This document shows positions 1-12,564 of a DNA stretch of 64,000 nt, piece by piece. Each line of letters opens with the position of its first letter. Within the stretch, counting starts at the first letter, position 1. The DNA lies in contig NC_058368.1 in NCBI RefSeq assembly GCF_018350175.1, positions 237,090,001 through 237,154,000 of the forward strand, given 5' to 3'. The DNA comes from Felis catus. Taxonomy: Eukaryota. The notes beneath the pieces were generated by a model. It worked only from the letters and a program-made list of their open reading frames with translations. It was not told the DNA's origin and did not search any database. Both the position numbers and the translations under genes were made by a program.

Positions 1-160
1 AAGCCCCACATGGGGCTCTGTGCTGACAGCTCAGAGCCTGGAGCCTGCTTCTGATTCTCTCTCTCTCTCTCTCTCTCTCTCTCCTTCTCTCGCTGCCCCT
101 CCCCCACTCATGCTCTGTCTTTCTCCCTCTCAAAAATAAATAATAAACATTAAAAAAAAT
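1..160 (+). mobile_element. CAN-SINE (feliform type), 5' part cut by the window edge
   Basis: GCTCTGTGCTGACAGCTCAGAGCCTGGAGCCTGCTTC body, (CT)n tract, AATAAA and A-tail. Confidence 0.93.
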
Positions 161-420
161 TTAATTATTTTATTGTTACTTTAAGTTATAATATACAATA
201 CAAATGTATGTTCTATAATTATAAATATATTCTTCACGATTTATAATTTAACATAACATATATCTTGTTATGTGTGATAATACACCCTGCACAAAATTAT
301 ATAAATATAATATAAACGTATAAATTCTAATATCATAATAAAATTTACCTTTTATTTTTTATACTTGACCTTTTAAAAACGATTTAATTTCCTTCAAAAA
401 AGAGAAAAACATACAGTAAT
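161..420. repeat. AT-rich low-complexity tract
   Basis: Almost entirely A/T, TA-rich sequence following the SINE tail. Confidence 0.6.
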
Positions 421-1411
421 TTCACTAATTTCTATTAGTGGACCCTCTCTGTTCTCAGGAGGGATTCTCTTGCGCACAAACCTGTGCCTTCTCTTTGTTC
501 CAACGTGGCTCACTACACAGAGAGGCATTCAGAAGCATTACTAAAAAGGAGATTGTCCCCTGCATTTCTTGCAGGTCCTAGGACTGATATTTCATGCCTG
601 TGGCAAATACGATAGAAAATGTTTTGAGGGGTTGAGAAATCAGAGTCTGCTGCCGATGTAAAACAAAAAAAAAGTCACGAGGAGGGACCGGACAGGGAAG
701 CCATGGGGTGGCAAACAGGTGGGCCTCTGCCCAGCAAGCCGGTCGCCCTCTCGGTGCCCTGATGCCCAGACCCCGACAGAAACGAACCTTCACTGTCCAG
801 ACCACTTGGGAATGACCAGGGAGGCACCAGACTGGAGTCAGCTGGTGTCTCAGAACTGGAGTTAACAGCTTCCCCTTAGGAAACTTCTAGAGACAAACTG
901 AAGACTGGAAAGCAGCCCATTACCCACATTGTAGGTCCCACTTAAACCAAGGGGAAGATTCACAGAGATGCAATATTAAAAATGGGACGGGGCAGGGACA
1001 GACAGGCACGTACTGTCAAAGAGCATGGGTTCCCTGGATCCCACTGAGAGGGACGCCCTTTTCTCCCTGAGCAAAACAAACTTATTCGCAGAAGTCACCA
1101 AGAAGTGCCCCGTGAAACACGTCAGAGGGCCAAGACTATGCAGTCTCTTAATTTTTATAGACTCTTGTCTGATTTTGATGCTTAAAAAAAGGTGAATCAA
1201 AACTGACTGCAAAACTGAACTTCTCTAAAGGAAACTCTTCATTTTTGCGCGTGGGAAACCATTTGAAATCTGAGACCAAATTATTCAAAATCACTTAAAC
1301 TCATTTAAAACGGAGGCCAAAAGGAAACTGGAGGATGTATTTTAAAACTCTCCCGGGGTGTGAAGGTGGTAACCATTTTCGGGGTCCTCTGATTAAAAAG
1401 AAAACAACACT

Positions 1412-1564
1412 GGGGCTCCTGGGTGGCTCAGTAGGGTGAGCGTCCAACGCTTGATTGCAGCTCAGATCACGAACCCAGGGTCGTAGGATTGAGCCCCGTG
1501 TTGGGCTCTCTCTCTCTCTCTCCAAAATTAAAAAATAAAAGAAAACAAAAATTAAAAGAAAGGG
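1412..1564 (+). mobile_element. CAN-SINE, short or internally deleted copy
   Basis: GGGGCTCCTGGGTGGCTCAG head, B-box-like GGATTGAGCCCC, (CT)n and A-rich tail; flanks aaaagaaaacaacact / aaaagaaacatatact resemble a TSD. Confidence 0.88.
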
Positions 1565-2169
1565 AAAAGAAACATATACTGAACTTGCTTTCTCCCCCAG
1601 TTCCAGTACGTCTCTACTCCAGGACCTTCCTTCTAGGATGGACACGTGTGCACACGCATGTGTGGGTTTGTGCATATGCACGATACATGTACCACGTTGT
1701 GGGTTATGAATGTGGAATCAGTTCAGATTAGTTTACCATTTGCTTCTGTCAATAACATACTCATTAGATGTCCATTCGTCTGACCAACAGGTATCGAGAA
1801 AACAGCTGAATTTTTACAGAACGCTGGTCCTAAAACTGCAGACAAAGGGCCTTCCCTCTACCGTGTGGTTTTCGTATTTTACCCAACATGTCAAACCAAT
1901 TTTGAAATGGTGTGGACACCACCAAGATGCCCTTCTTGCAGATAAACGTAACATGCCGGAGCGTGCTGACATGAGACCTGACGCCCGACTCTTCACGCAT
2001 GCATTTTCATTAATTCAGGTTAAGATGCACTGATTTAATTTAATGCACTGGCTTTGCTTAAGGTTTCATTGATTCAGGCCGAGGTGGATGGCTGTCTCTG
2101 GGAGACAGTTACCAAACTGACAGGAGGCTTTCTCTGCATGGTGGCGTTCAGGAAATTTCTGTGCTTTCC

Positions 2170-2171
<2 letters not shown>

Positions 2172-2208
<37 letters not shown>
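2172..2208. repeat. (TG)n microsatellite
   Basis: Uninterrupted GT dinucleotide run. Confidence 0.97.
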
Positions 2209-2210
<2 letters not shown>

Positions 2211-4024
2211 CTTCAAACCCAGTAGAAAATCCTACCTCTATGTCCTTCGAGGCTCTTCCTCAATGGCAGGTCCTTCCCTGTCCCTTGTCGTAATGTGGCT
2301 TCTTCCTCCTGGAGGGCTCACTCACTCCACTTCCGTGAGCACAAAGCAAGAGCATCAGCAGAAGCTTCCCTTTGTTCTAAGCTCCCAGCAGCAGGTGGAG
2401 GAGGCACCTGTGCCCCTGGACAAAGTCACGACTGCCCCGTGTCCCACGTCGCTGCAGCCTCTGGTCTGAGCCCCGGGCCCCGGTGGTGGCTCAGACCTGC
2501 GGCCCCCTGGCCAGGACTGTCCCAGCGGCTCTGGGAGCCGAGGCCCGGCAGCTGGGAGCCAGGATGCTGCCGAGGCGGGGTGCTTGAGCGGAAAGCGTGC
2601 GGGAGGACGGGCTTCCACGGGGCAGGGTAACTGCCTTACCTGCCCTCCAGCTCCTGGGTCTGGCTGCACGGCCGCCTCTGTCCCTTCGGAGGGAAGGTTC
2701 AGGCCTGAAGATGTCAGGACACCGCAAACCATGCCCTTTGGAGAAGACTGAGCGGTGTTCACTGACTTTGCCCTTTGAGGAATCGCTGTGAGTACTCGTT
2801 GCTGGAAACAGCTCCGAGCCCCTCCTTTATCCCTCCTTTCTCTGTTTTCAGCTCTCGGAAGGCCCGTCACGTCCTCAGGGTCCACCCCACCCGTCCCAGG
2901 CAGGCAGCGGGAGGCGGCCAAGGTGTCTGGAGGTGGGTGCGGTAGACGGGACACTCCCCACGCTGCACGCACGCACCCCGTCTGTGGAGGTTTGGTTTCC
3001 CAAGGCCGGCCCTCCTGGAGTGCAGGGGCTCCTCGCTGACCCCCAGGACCCCGCAGGGCCTGGCACACGGTGACATCCTGAATCAGAGATGATGGCGGAG
3101 CCAGGCGCAGGAGCTGCCCCCACTTCCCCGTGTGCGTGTTCTCCTCGACACCAGGTTCTCCTCGGTGAGACAGCCTCCAAGGTACAACGCCCAGGTTCAA
3201 GCCTTCCCCGTACCCCCTGCGCACATGCCCCTCACCTTCACGCCCCTGCTGCTCAACGCTCTGCAAACGCATCCTACGACCCCAGCGCGTTCCGGAGAAG
3301 AAGCCAAGGGAAGGAAGAACAAGCAAATACAATTACCTGCAAAGCTGTCTCTCACACCAAGGAAACAGCCTGTGCTCTGATTCTGGCCAAGGTCAAGACG
3401 CGGCGTTTCACGTGAAGAACTCCCTGAGCTTTAAACGCCAGGGGCCAACGTCGGCTTCCTAGGTTTGCGGCGTATTTTTCCAACACGGATGTAAAAGGGT
3501 GTTGGCCTGTAGCTTTGAACGTCCGTTATTAGCGAACTTCAATTTAAACCCAGTCTCTGGATTTGTTAAATTATCACATGATGGTTTTCCCATCGATCAT
3601 GCATTTTCCAGACTCCGTGTTAAAGGAGAGGTTTTGGAGTCTTGTTTCGTTATTCGGCCAACGTCAGGGAATCTCTTTACCTGGTTCCGGTTATACAAAC
3701 CAATACACGTGTATTTTTTTCCTGATTCTGAAAACGCACCTCCCAACAAGATCAGCCGGCCCTCCAACTCCAGCGTGCCACCTCCCCCCCACATGTCTGA
3801 GGCAGAACTGGGCCTTCGTGGAACGGAAGGCGCAGTGTGGAGCGAAGCCGGCTGTGGGACTGCTGGGTGTGATGTCACCTATGAGTCATGCGGCCGTGGC
3901 CACAAGGGCCGTCTCCTCCCGTGACCCGTCAGCTCAGCACAGGTCTGACTTCTTTACACTGGGAACTCTCAAATCCCAACCAACCTCCAACTGTACCTGC
4001 AGAAGGGAACAGAGGTCATGTCTA

Positions 4025-4234
4025 GGGGCGCCTGGGGGCTCAGGCGCTTCAGCATCCAACTTCGGCCTGGGTCAGGACCTCACGGTTTGGGGGTTCGAGC
4101 CCCGCGTCGGGCTCTGTGCGGACAGCGCGGGGCCTTCTTGGGATTCTCTCTCTCCTTCTCTCTCTGCCCCTCCCCTGCTCTCTCTCTGTCTGTCTCTGTC
4201 TCTCTCTCAAAATAAAGAAATAAACTTAAAAAAT
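4025..4234 (+). mobile_element. CAN-SINE
   Basis: GGGGCGCCTGGGGGCTCAG head, GGTTCGAGCCCCGCGTCGGGCTC, (CT)n, AATAAA tail. Confidence 0.93.
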
Positions 4235-5019
4235 AATCCATGTCTCCTAAAATGGAAAATTCGCATTTTGTAGTTTCTTAATGTTCCTGAAAGTAAAGAC
4301 CGGGCTTTGGCTGTGCCTACGGTGCGTCAGAACGTCCGAAGAAAAAGCTGGACGCTTGGACCAGGGATTACATGTCCTGACAGTAGGGATGTTTTTATGG
4401 TCTGTAAGTACGTTTTTTTATCATTTCGAAACGTATGGGGGCATGTGACCTGGGGCGCTGACATTCACAGGAAAGACCGTGACGGAGCCTGGGACAGTTA
4501 AACGGCTCTCGCACGTGTTTTCTTGCCCACAAAGAAAGAAAAGGATCCAGTCAGGAGAGAGGCAGGTGCAGCAGGTCGCTGAAGTTGTCCAGCGTCTCCC
4601 TGGGGTGGCTGCACACGCTTAATCCGGCTTCAGGGCGTGGTCCGCCCGATTCCAGCAGGTGAGCACCTGCCAGGCTCTGCTCCTTGACCTTCTCCAAGGT
4701 CGCTGGAGGGAATGGTGAACCCCGTTAATAAGCAGGTTCTGCAAGAAGTCACAGGCACCCTCGTGTTGCTGGTTTATCTCATTTGGGCACCAGGATCTAA
4801 TCTAGAAACAGACATTGCAATCGGCTGTGAGGCTTTTTGTCGCCTTTATTCTTGCATAATTCCTCCATTTTTTTTTCTTTTTTCTCATGACATTAACTTT
4901 CCTGAAGATTCTAGGACAGTCAGGGTCCGAAATACCTCCTCTGTCGGATGAGTTCCTCTCGGGATCATGTAACTTGTTCCTGTGTCCCCTAGATCTCCAG
5001 CCAACCAGCAGCACCGCCA

Positions 5020-5380
5020 AGACCCTGGAGATTGTTAGAAAGGGCAATTCTTGGGACCCACCCCAGACCTCCTAAAGCTGAACCTCTACGGGCGGGAGGG
5101 GCTCAAGAATTTGTGTTTTAAAAAGCCCTCTAGGGGCGCCTGGGGGCTCAGTAGGTTAAGCATCCAATTTAGGCTCAGGTCATGATTTCTCGGTCTGTGG
5201 GTTCGAGCCCCGCGCCGGGCTCTGTGCTGACGGCTCGGAGCCTGAATCCTGCTTCGGATTCTGTGTCTCCCTCTCTCTCTGCCCTTCTCCTGCCTGTGCT
5301 CTCTCTCTCTCTCTGAAAAATAAATAAACATTAAAAATTGTTTTTTAAAAAGACACTGTAAGGATTCTTAAGCATGTGAG
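5020..5380. mobile_element. MER5A-like hAT-Charlie MITE, split by a CAN-SINE
   Basis: ttgttagaaagggcaattcttgggacccaccccagacctcctaa…tttgtgttttaaaaagccctct resembles the MER5A consensus as recalled; the match appears to resume after the SINE. Confidence 0.7.
5133..5346 (+). mobile_element. CAN-SINE (feliform type)
   Basis: Full head, body and tail; imperfect TSD aaaaagccctcta / aaaaagacactgta. Confidence 0.95.
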
Positions 5381-5568
5381 ACCTCGGGATGCACGATGTA
5401 TCATAGAGGTTGGCTTCAGCTTCAACATTTTAGGGGCAAAAATACTTGACGGGTGATGTTGCAGCCCCCATTACGTGACGTCAGAGCTCCCACCTGTGTG
5501 GTCAGCTGTGGAGATGAGCCCACAGGGCCCTCCTGGTAAAGGGGCATTTTCCCCATTGCGATGATGGG

Positions 5569-5787
5569 TTTTTCTTTAATGTTTATTTATTTTTGAGAAA
5601 GAGACAGAGACAGAGTATGACTGGGGGAGGGGCAGAGAGAGAAGGAGACACAGGCTCTGAAGCAGGTTCCAGGCTCCGAGCCGTCAGCACAGAGCCCGAC
5701 GCGGGGCTCGAACTCAAGAACTGTGAGATCGTGACCTGAGCCGAAGTCGGACGCTCCGCCGACTGAGCCCCCCCCCCCAGGCGCCCC
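5569..5787 (-). mobile_element. CAN-SINE (feliform type)
   Basis: Reverse-complement SINE: tttattt, (GA)n, gagcccgacgcggggctcgaac, caggcgcccc. Confidence 0.95.
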
Positions 5788-5989
5788 CCGCCCCCAACAT
5801 TGCAGTGATTGTGAAGCTTCGGCCCCATGCAAGTATCCCACTAGAGGAGAGACGGCCTTTTTTCTTCCTGGAGAAGATTCTAAGGCAAATGCCGGAGGCT
5901 GTAGTTCAGCCATAGCCACACTTAAATGCAGTTACATTTCTAAGGATTGTCTCCATATCTGTCAGCCCGTGTAATCCTGACAGTGAGTC

Positions 5990-6110
5990 ACTGAGGTCAG
6001 AACTGTGCTCACCGTCCCATTTTGCAGAGAAGGAGACAGAGGTACAGGAAGGCTGATTCTGTCGCCCCAGGTCACGGCTGGTGGGTGGCAGGGCCTGGCC
6101 CGGGACCCGC
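5990..6110 (-). mobile_element. MIR SINE relic
   Basis: cccattttgcagagaaggagacagaggtacag…ccccaggtcacggctggtgggtggcag resembles the MIR core. Confidence 0.7.
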
Positions 6111-7792
6111 ACCCTTCACGGGTGTGCACCACCACACCGAGGGGGGCGCCGGGGTGCAGGGGGAAGAGGAGAATCCAACGGCCCGCATCTCACCTTCCCG
6201 GCCCTGGACCTTCAGCTGGGGCTGGAGAAAATGTGACTCATCTCGGGTGTTCGGAGACACAGGAACCTGCAGACCCGAAGGCCTAGGCCCTTGGGCTCAC
6301 ACACGTGCTCCTGAGCCAGCCATCAGATGAGCCACCGGGCAGATCCATTCTGCCGCAAGAGCAAGGGGACACTGGATCGCTTTTCTAAATGTTGCATTTG
6401 GTCACGGGCGGGCGGGTGCACGTGTTAGGTCCATGCAGGGATGGGCCGGGGGCGGCATCTAGGTGTAGAGACGGGGTCCTGCTCCTGCAGCCACCTGGGG
6501 GGGGGCCTCTGTCTCGCTGGGCTGGGGGTTGCAGCTGCCGGCCAGCTCGCCTCCTGTTTGCCGACGAAGCGTCCACGCGGCCTTCCTCTGCCCTGTCCCA
6601 CGCACACCAAACGGCTGACGTTGGGATTGATGTCCTCGCCCGCCTGGTGCTGCGGGAGAGGCGTGGCTTCTGGGAGGCGAGCGTCCCGCACCGCCAAGTT
6701 TAAACTTTTCCTCGGTCGCACGACTAGAGTGGTGTCAGACGAATCAGGAAACGTGATGGGAGACCCCAGCTCACCCGGGCCTCCGGGCTCGAGACACCAC
6801 CTCTGTGACCTCTGTGCACGGAGCCAGCCCTCCCCTTCCCCACCGCAGCCTTGGCAGCCTGGGCTCCTGACAGATCCTCTCTGTCCTCTCGTGCTCAGCA
6901 GACTTGCCCTTTGAGGGTCCGGTCCCGCCATCCTTATCAAGGTCATGTGTCCAGGTCTGTCCCACGTGAGCGGTGGCCCCACAAGGTCCTTCCCTTGAGT
7001 CTGATGCTGGGGCCCACCCGGTCAGTGTCGAGAATGTTGATGTCCGTCTACACTCGGGGGATCTCCTGCCCTCGGGATCCACCTCCTGTCAACAAGGCGA
7101 GTGGGAGAGCCCTCTGAGTTACTTCTCCCACGCCGCTCCTCAGACAGGACTCCCGTAAGCTTCCGCAGATGAGCAAAGGCTAAGTCACAGGCTCCTCTGC
7201 ACGTCCACACCTCACAATCACGCACAGGCGGGAGCAAGGCCACCCAGAGAAGAGGAGAACACGCCAGAATCTTCTCTCCACGGGGGTACCAGTGTGTGAG
7301 CTCCGGCCACGCGGTCTTCTTGCAACAGAGACGCGGGGTCTGCCGTCCCAGGCGAGCCCCAGTCCCACCTTCGGGTTCCCACAAAGGAGGCATCAGCCAA
7401 CCTGCTGTCAGTCAAGGAGACGGGATAATTAGGGTTCTCATGCAACGGGCACACCCCGCGTTCACGGCAAACTGGTGATTAACAATCTTGTAATTGGTTG
7501 TCAGACCCACAGGGTTTTAAGACGATGAAATCAATCACTGGCTCCGCGGGTTTTGTCTGGGAGAGCCCACGCCTCCTCGAGACGGCACCGGGACCAGCCT
7601 CCCCTCAGCCAACCCCACAGGGAAGTGTCGCCCTTTCACACGCTTCCCTGAGAAACAGCCTCTTTCCATGTGTGTGCTCGTGTGCGCCCCCGGGAGACCG
7701 TGCGTCCGTGTGTGCGCGTATTCACGTGTGCATGCCTGTGTGCGTTTTTCTACGTGAGCAAAGACAGAGAAGGGATGATAATGACAGGTAAA

Positions 7793-7930
7793 GGGCGCCT
7801 GGGCGGCTCAATCGGTTAAGCGTCCTGCTCTCGATCTCAGCTCAGGTCTTGATCTCAGGGTTGTGAGTTCAAGCCCCGGGTTGGGCTCCACGCTGGGCAT
7901 GAAGCCTGCTTAAAAACTAATAATAATAAA
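7793..7930 (+). mobile_element. CAN-SINE, short subfamily lacking a (CT)n tract
   Basis: GGGCGCCTGGGCGGCTCAATCGGTTAAG head, GAGTTCAAGCCCC B-box, A-rich tail. Confidence 0.88.
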
Positions 7931-8529
7931 ATAGCGGGTAAGATCACAGAGGCTGTGTTCCTTTCTGTGTAGACTTTACAGCAAAGGCCTGGCGCTCTGG
8001 AGGTCGTCCCGTCCCCTCTGCTCGGCTGCTTACCGTCTCCCGCTCAGGGTCCGCACGTGGAAGAAACTGAGGTCTTGTGGTTTCTGGGAATCTTCCCTCG
8101 ATTTGTGGGTGATGTTGAGAATCGCTCAGACATTCAGGGTCAACCTGACTTGTTGGGCCATCAAGCCCCAGGGCTGAGCCAGTTGTACCAAAAACACAGA
8201 GGCCGCTTGCCTAAGTATGGCCCTCATCTCGTCACCCCTGGGGACGGCACTGCACGCTGAGGTTTTTGCATGCGCCCTGGGGGGCTCCGAGCCAAGCACT
8301 GATTTGCTCTGTCCCCTGAAGAGTGTCGTGCCAGTGGACAGAGGTGGAGGCTCACAGCTCCAGATGGCCAGCGTGGGCCTGGGGACCCAGAGTAGCACCA
8401 AGGTCCGAGTCCCCAGGAGCCCACAGCCTCACGGGGCGAACAAGTGCTACTTGAACCCCTCATGCCCCCTCACCCAGCATGACTCAGCTTCGGGGCATTC
8501 CACCTGTCCGCCTTCCTCCCTAGAGACCA

Positions 8530-8830
8530 GGGCGGGGGGCAGGGGGTGGGCACAAAAAGATATGTCCGTGCCCCAGTCCCGGGACCTGTCGATGTGGCCT
8601 GAGGTGGGAAAAAGTCTTCGCAGATGCGATTAGCTGATGAATTTTGTGATGATCATCCTGAATGAGCCGGATGGGCCCTAAATGCAATGGCAAATGTCCT
8701 TTTAAGAGACACGCAGAGAGAAGGTCCTGTGATGGTGGAGGCCCAAGCCCAGGAGCGCCCGGAGCCCGTGGGCTGGAGGAGCAGAAAGGACCCTTCCCTG
8801 GAGCAGTGGTGGGGGCTCGGTGGCTTGGCC
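8530..8830 (+). mobile_element. MaLR solo LTR (MLT1-type)
   Basis: aaaagtcttcgcagatgcgattag…atcatcctgaatgagccggatgggccctaaatgcaatggcaaatgtccttttaagagac is typical of MLT1. Confidence 0.75.
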
Positions 8831-9134
8831 CGGGGCACTCGGAGCCTTGGAGTCCAGCACGGAAAGCCATATTGTGGCCACTACCAGCATCTCACTTGTC
8901 CCCAGCGCCTCATTTCTTTGCCTAACGCCTCTGTTTCTCAGGCTTCTCGCTCGGGCAGGAAACCTCTTCTCTGCACGGACTCCCTGGACTTCTCTGCCCC
9001 TCCTTCCAACCCCGTTCACTGTGAAGAGCTTCGTTCAGTGAATCTTCCAAAGTCCCAAGAAAAAGGACCAGCAGCCCTGGTGACTGACATCACAGTAGGT
9101 GCTTCCTAAGCGACGAGGGCCAAGGTCCTGTCTG

Positions 9135-9467
9135 ATGTCTTAGCTTCGGCCGCTGTCACGAAGCGCCACAGGCCGGTGGCTGATAAGCCACACGCACTTA
9201 TCCCCCACAGTTCCGGGGACTGGCACCCGCAGACTCCGTGTGCTGTTCAGGCCAGCTTCCTGGTTCATGCAGGGCCCTCTTCCCGCTGTGTCCTCACAGG
9301 GCAGAAGGGGTGAGGGGCTCTCTGGGGTCCCTTCTAGCAGGACACGGATCCTGTTCATGAGGCTCCAACCTCACGCACTGATCCCCTCCCCACCTCCAGG
9401 TTCTATCACATCCCGGGCTCGGATTCAACATATGAATTTGGGGGGGACACAAGCATTCAGACCATAC
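9135..9467 (-). mobile_element. MaLR solo LTR (MLT1A-like)
   Basis: cacttatcccccacagttcc…ctcacagggcagaaggggtgaggggctctctggggtc…ggattcaacatatgaatttggggggacacaagcattcagaccata. Confidence 0.8.
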
Positions 9468-11088
9468 CGCCGACTGTCCCCCTGTAAGCAGGTGGGGGCA
9501 GAGGCTCCGTTTATAAATCACGTCCATGCTCTGGAGAGTTTTACTTCGAAGGGGACTTGTGTTTGCAGGTCTTGCCATTGATTAGCCAAGAACAAGTCCC
9601 CACAGAGACCAAGAGTCTTCCAGAAAGTCCCTCACATAATCGGCATGGACACCAACCCCCGCCCCCTCCCTTCTGTGCGCATACCTGTCTTTCCACGTGA
9701 CAGAACCACACCTCCTTCTGGGACGTGGGCCCGGGTTCCCCAGCATCCCCAGGACCACACTCCCTGGACCAGACACCTTCTAGTGGGGCACAGTGGGCAC
9801 AGTCCCCAGGCCCAATCTGTCACACAGGAGGACCGCGCACAGCCCTTTCGACACAGTGCACAATCAACAAAGGTGCACATATTTTAAGCTGTGTTTTCCA
9901 GTAAGAAGGCTGGTCTTGGCCAGTCTCTCCGCGTTTTCCTTCTGGGGCCCTGACGTTCACTGTCGCCCATCGGTGTGCGGGGTAGCCAGGCAGTCCAACA
10001 ACCCGCCTCTTACACTGCAGCTTATGACTTCTCCTCATTAGCGACACTTACCCGACGGGGAGTGAATAGCAGCTCGTTTGTAACCTTTGGCATGAAAGTC
10101 AACGCTACGGGAAGTCACGGGAACTGGACCACGCTCTGAAGGCATGGGCCTGTGACGTGCAGGTGCCCACGTGCAGCTCAGAGACCACGGAGGGTAAGTG
10201 AGCCAGGGGCACTTGCCCAGAGGACGGAACGGGGCCGGATCCCACACGCAGGAGCCAGGCAGAGCTACTCAGTGCTTCACGTGCAGCACAAAGCAACTGC
10301 GTTCCATTGGAGAGCGCACGTTAATCCCCAGGAATCCCAGAAGCGAGGGCAGGGAGAAATCCTGAGAGCCCGTCTCCCTGCAAAGGTCTGTTTGCGTGTC
10401 TGTGGATGTGTGTGTATCTGCGTTGTGTCGTGTGTGTGTATGTGTCCCTACGTCTTCATCAGAGATGCTGTGTGGGGTAGAAAAAGACAGCCTGAGCTTA
10501 GAGGGATGTCATCTGTTCCTTTGAGAATATATGGAAACTCCAGATTCTAGAAATGACCGTCAGACATTGAAAATATGATAAGCTTGAATACATCTGTAGC
10601 TCCTTTGGAAGGAAATCAGCAAGCCCTCATTTGGGTTTGCGTTCTCCAATGACGTTCGGACAGGGGTTCTATGCGTATGCGGTTCATAGACCCAAAGGTG
10701 GCCCAGAGACCCTGGCTTCCTGGTGTCTATTTCCTGGTACAGTCCCCTTCCCTTGGACCCGTCCTACAGAATCTGGCAAAGGAGCCGGGATGGGGCTTCC
10801 GTGTGGAACATTCTGCCCTGGGAACTCTGGTTCCTAGACAGCCTCAGTGTAGAGTCTGCCTGTCCTGGCTCTCAAGGAGTCCCAGCCACCCTGGGAGCCC
10901 AAATGGTGATCCGCTGAGGTGGCCTTTAGTCGCTGAGGACAGACTTTGTCCAAGGCCAGCAAGAACGTGGGGCCCCAGGCCGAGAACACCAAGGAAGGGA
11001 AATCTGCCAACACCTGAGTGAACTTTCCAGAAGCTCTTTCCCAGTCCGGCCTCCAGGTTAGCACCAGACCAGCCGGCATGCAATGTAG

Positions 11089-11158
11089 CCCCACAGGGGA
11101 CCCCGACTCCCCTACAGAGGACCCTGATTCCCCTGCAGAGGGCCCCGACTCCCCGCAC
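11089..11158. repeat. 21-bp minisatellite, about 3.3 copies
   Basis: ccccacaggggaccccgactc / ccctacagaggaccctgattc / ccctgcagagggccccgactc / cccgcac. Confidence 0.85.
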
Positions 11159-11819
11159 CATCGGTGCAACAAAGGAAGCGTGTTGTGTGAACCCGCTAGG
11201 CTTCTGGTAATTTTTCGTGCGGCAGACAGTACACTGTCATGGCGGGATCACTAAAGAAATTCTGGGTTAAATCCTCTTATAAACTGAAAATACGCTGGCC
11301 CCACTGAGGTATCTGTTTGGGACTCCAAAGTTTACATATCCACTTTTGTTCTAGCAAAATCTTCTTTTCCATCAGTGATGTCCATGCCTCATGAGGCTCT
11401 GAGAGAGCCTTAAAAACTGTATTTATACGCAGAAGGTTCAGGCAGAATCTCGTTTCTTGCTGTTACATTTGTGAAATGTGAGCAAAGTAGAATTTATTCT
11501 TACATTAACCATGAAGGGCTGCTGTGGAACGAACGGACTCCAGTGTTGTGAACACAGCCGTCCTCCCGTGGCTGCGGATGAAGGGTGGGAGGAGGGGCAA
11601 GGCAGAGGGGGGAGCAAAGAGACAGCTTCGCCCCCGAGCGCGCTGGGACTTACCCTCGGTATGTCGACAATCGTGGACACACAGCAGAAAGGAGGGCATA
11701 GCTACTATTTGTGCTCACTGACTCTTTTCCTCTATTTTAAGGTCAAAAACGGCATGTCTAGAGATTTTCGGCAAAGCGCGTAGGCACTTAGGAACGATCA
11801 CGCGTCCCGCGGTTCGTGT

Positions 11820-12110
11820 GCGTGCAGCTAACTTCTGCCGCAATATCTAATATGAAAACTAAATTGAGAAAACCAACTAAATTAAAGCTAATCAGAGCTT
11901 CATCGTGGCGCCCAGCACAGCAGATAATATTCCAGTGCTCCATGCAATTAAATTCTTCAATTATTCTAAGTGTTATTATGCTAATTTAAAAGGCTAGGAT
12001 TATTAGAAAATGTATAAAGCATTATGCTCAGTTATAGCATTTTATTTATGTGATTTCACGTTAAATTATTTAAGGTATGGAAATTATAAGAGTTATCAGT
12101 ATGTGACTTC
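11820..12110. promoter_or_regulatory. Candidate conserved non-coding element or enhancer
   Basis: Repeat-free AT-rich island in a GC-rich background, with clustered TAAT/ATTA, ATGCAATT and ATGCTAAT motifs; conservation not tested. Confidence 0.35.
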
Positions 12111-12564
12111 AGCCTGTCCCACCGGGGCAGTGAGCAAAGCTGACGGGGGAAAATGTGTCCCGTGTTAGCCTCGAGGGGGATCGTCTCGCCGCCTGAGGGG
12201 AAAGGCTGACGCGTCCACCGGGCTGTCCCCAGGCCTCTGCTCACTCTGGAGGGGCTCCTGTCCCAGAGGAGCACACCTCTTCGTTTGGGAACCCGGGGTG
12301 CATACTCTCCTCAATTTACGATAAACACGAGAACTGGGGGGAGACTGGAAAGGGGACACCGAGGCTTTGGGGAGACACCGGCCCTCCAGAGGCCTCCATG
12401 AATGGGGATTCTGGGTTTTGTGGAAAAAGCGTCTCAAGAAGCGTTCACTTTTTAATACGTGGGGGATGTTCCATGAGATTCCTACCCTTTTATATTTCTG
12501 CTTTCCCACGTGTGTTCAACCTTCTCCTTTTCTGATAACACCTTCTTCCACTCAGTGTCCCTTC

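Noticed and set aside
2355..3332. 325-aa minus-strand ORF
   Set aside because: Same GC-driven artefact; non-ATG start and no domain similarity
5133..5220. tRNA-like A and B boxes
   Set aside because: These are tRNA-derived SINE heads, not tRNA genes; this applies to every SINE in the window
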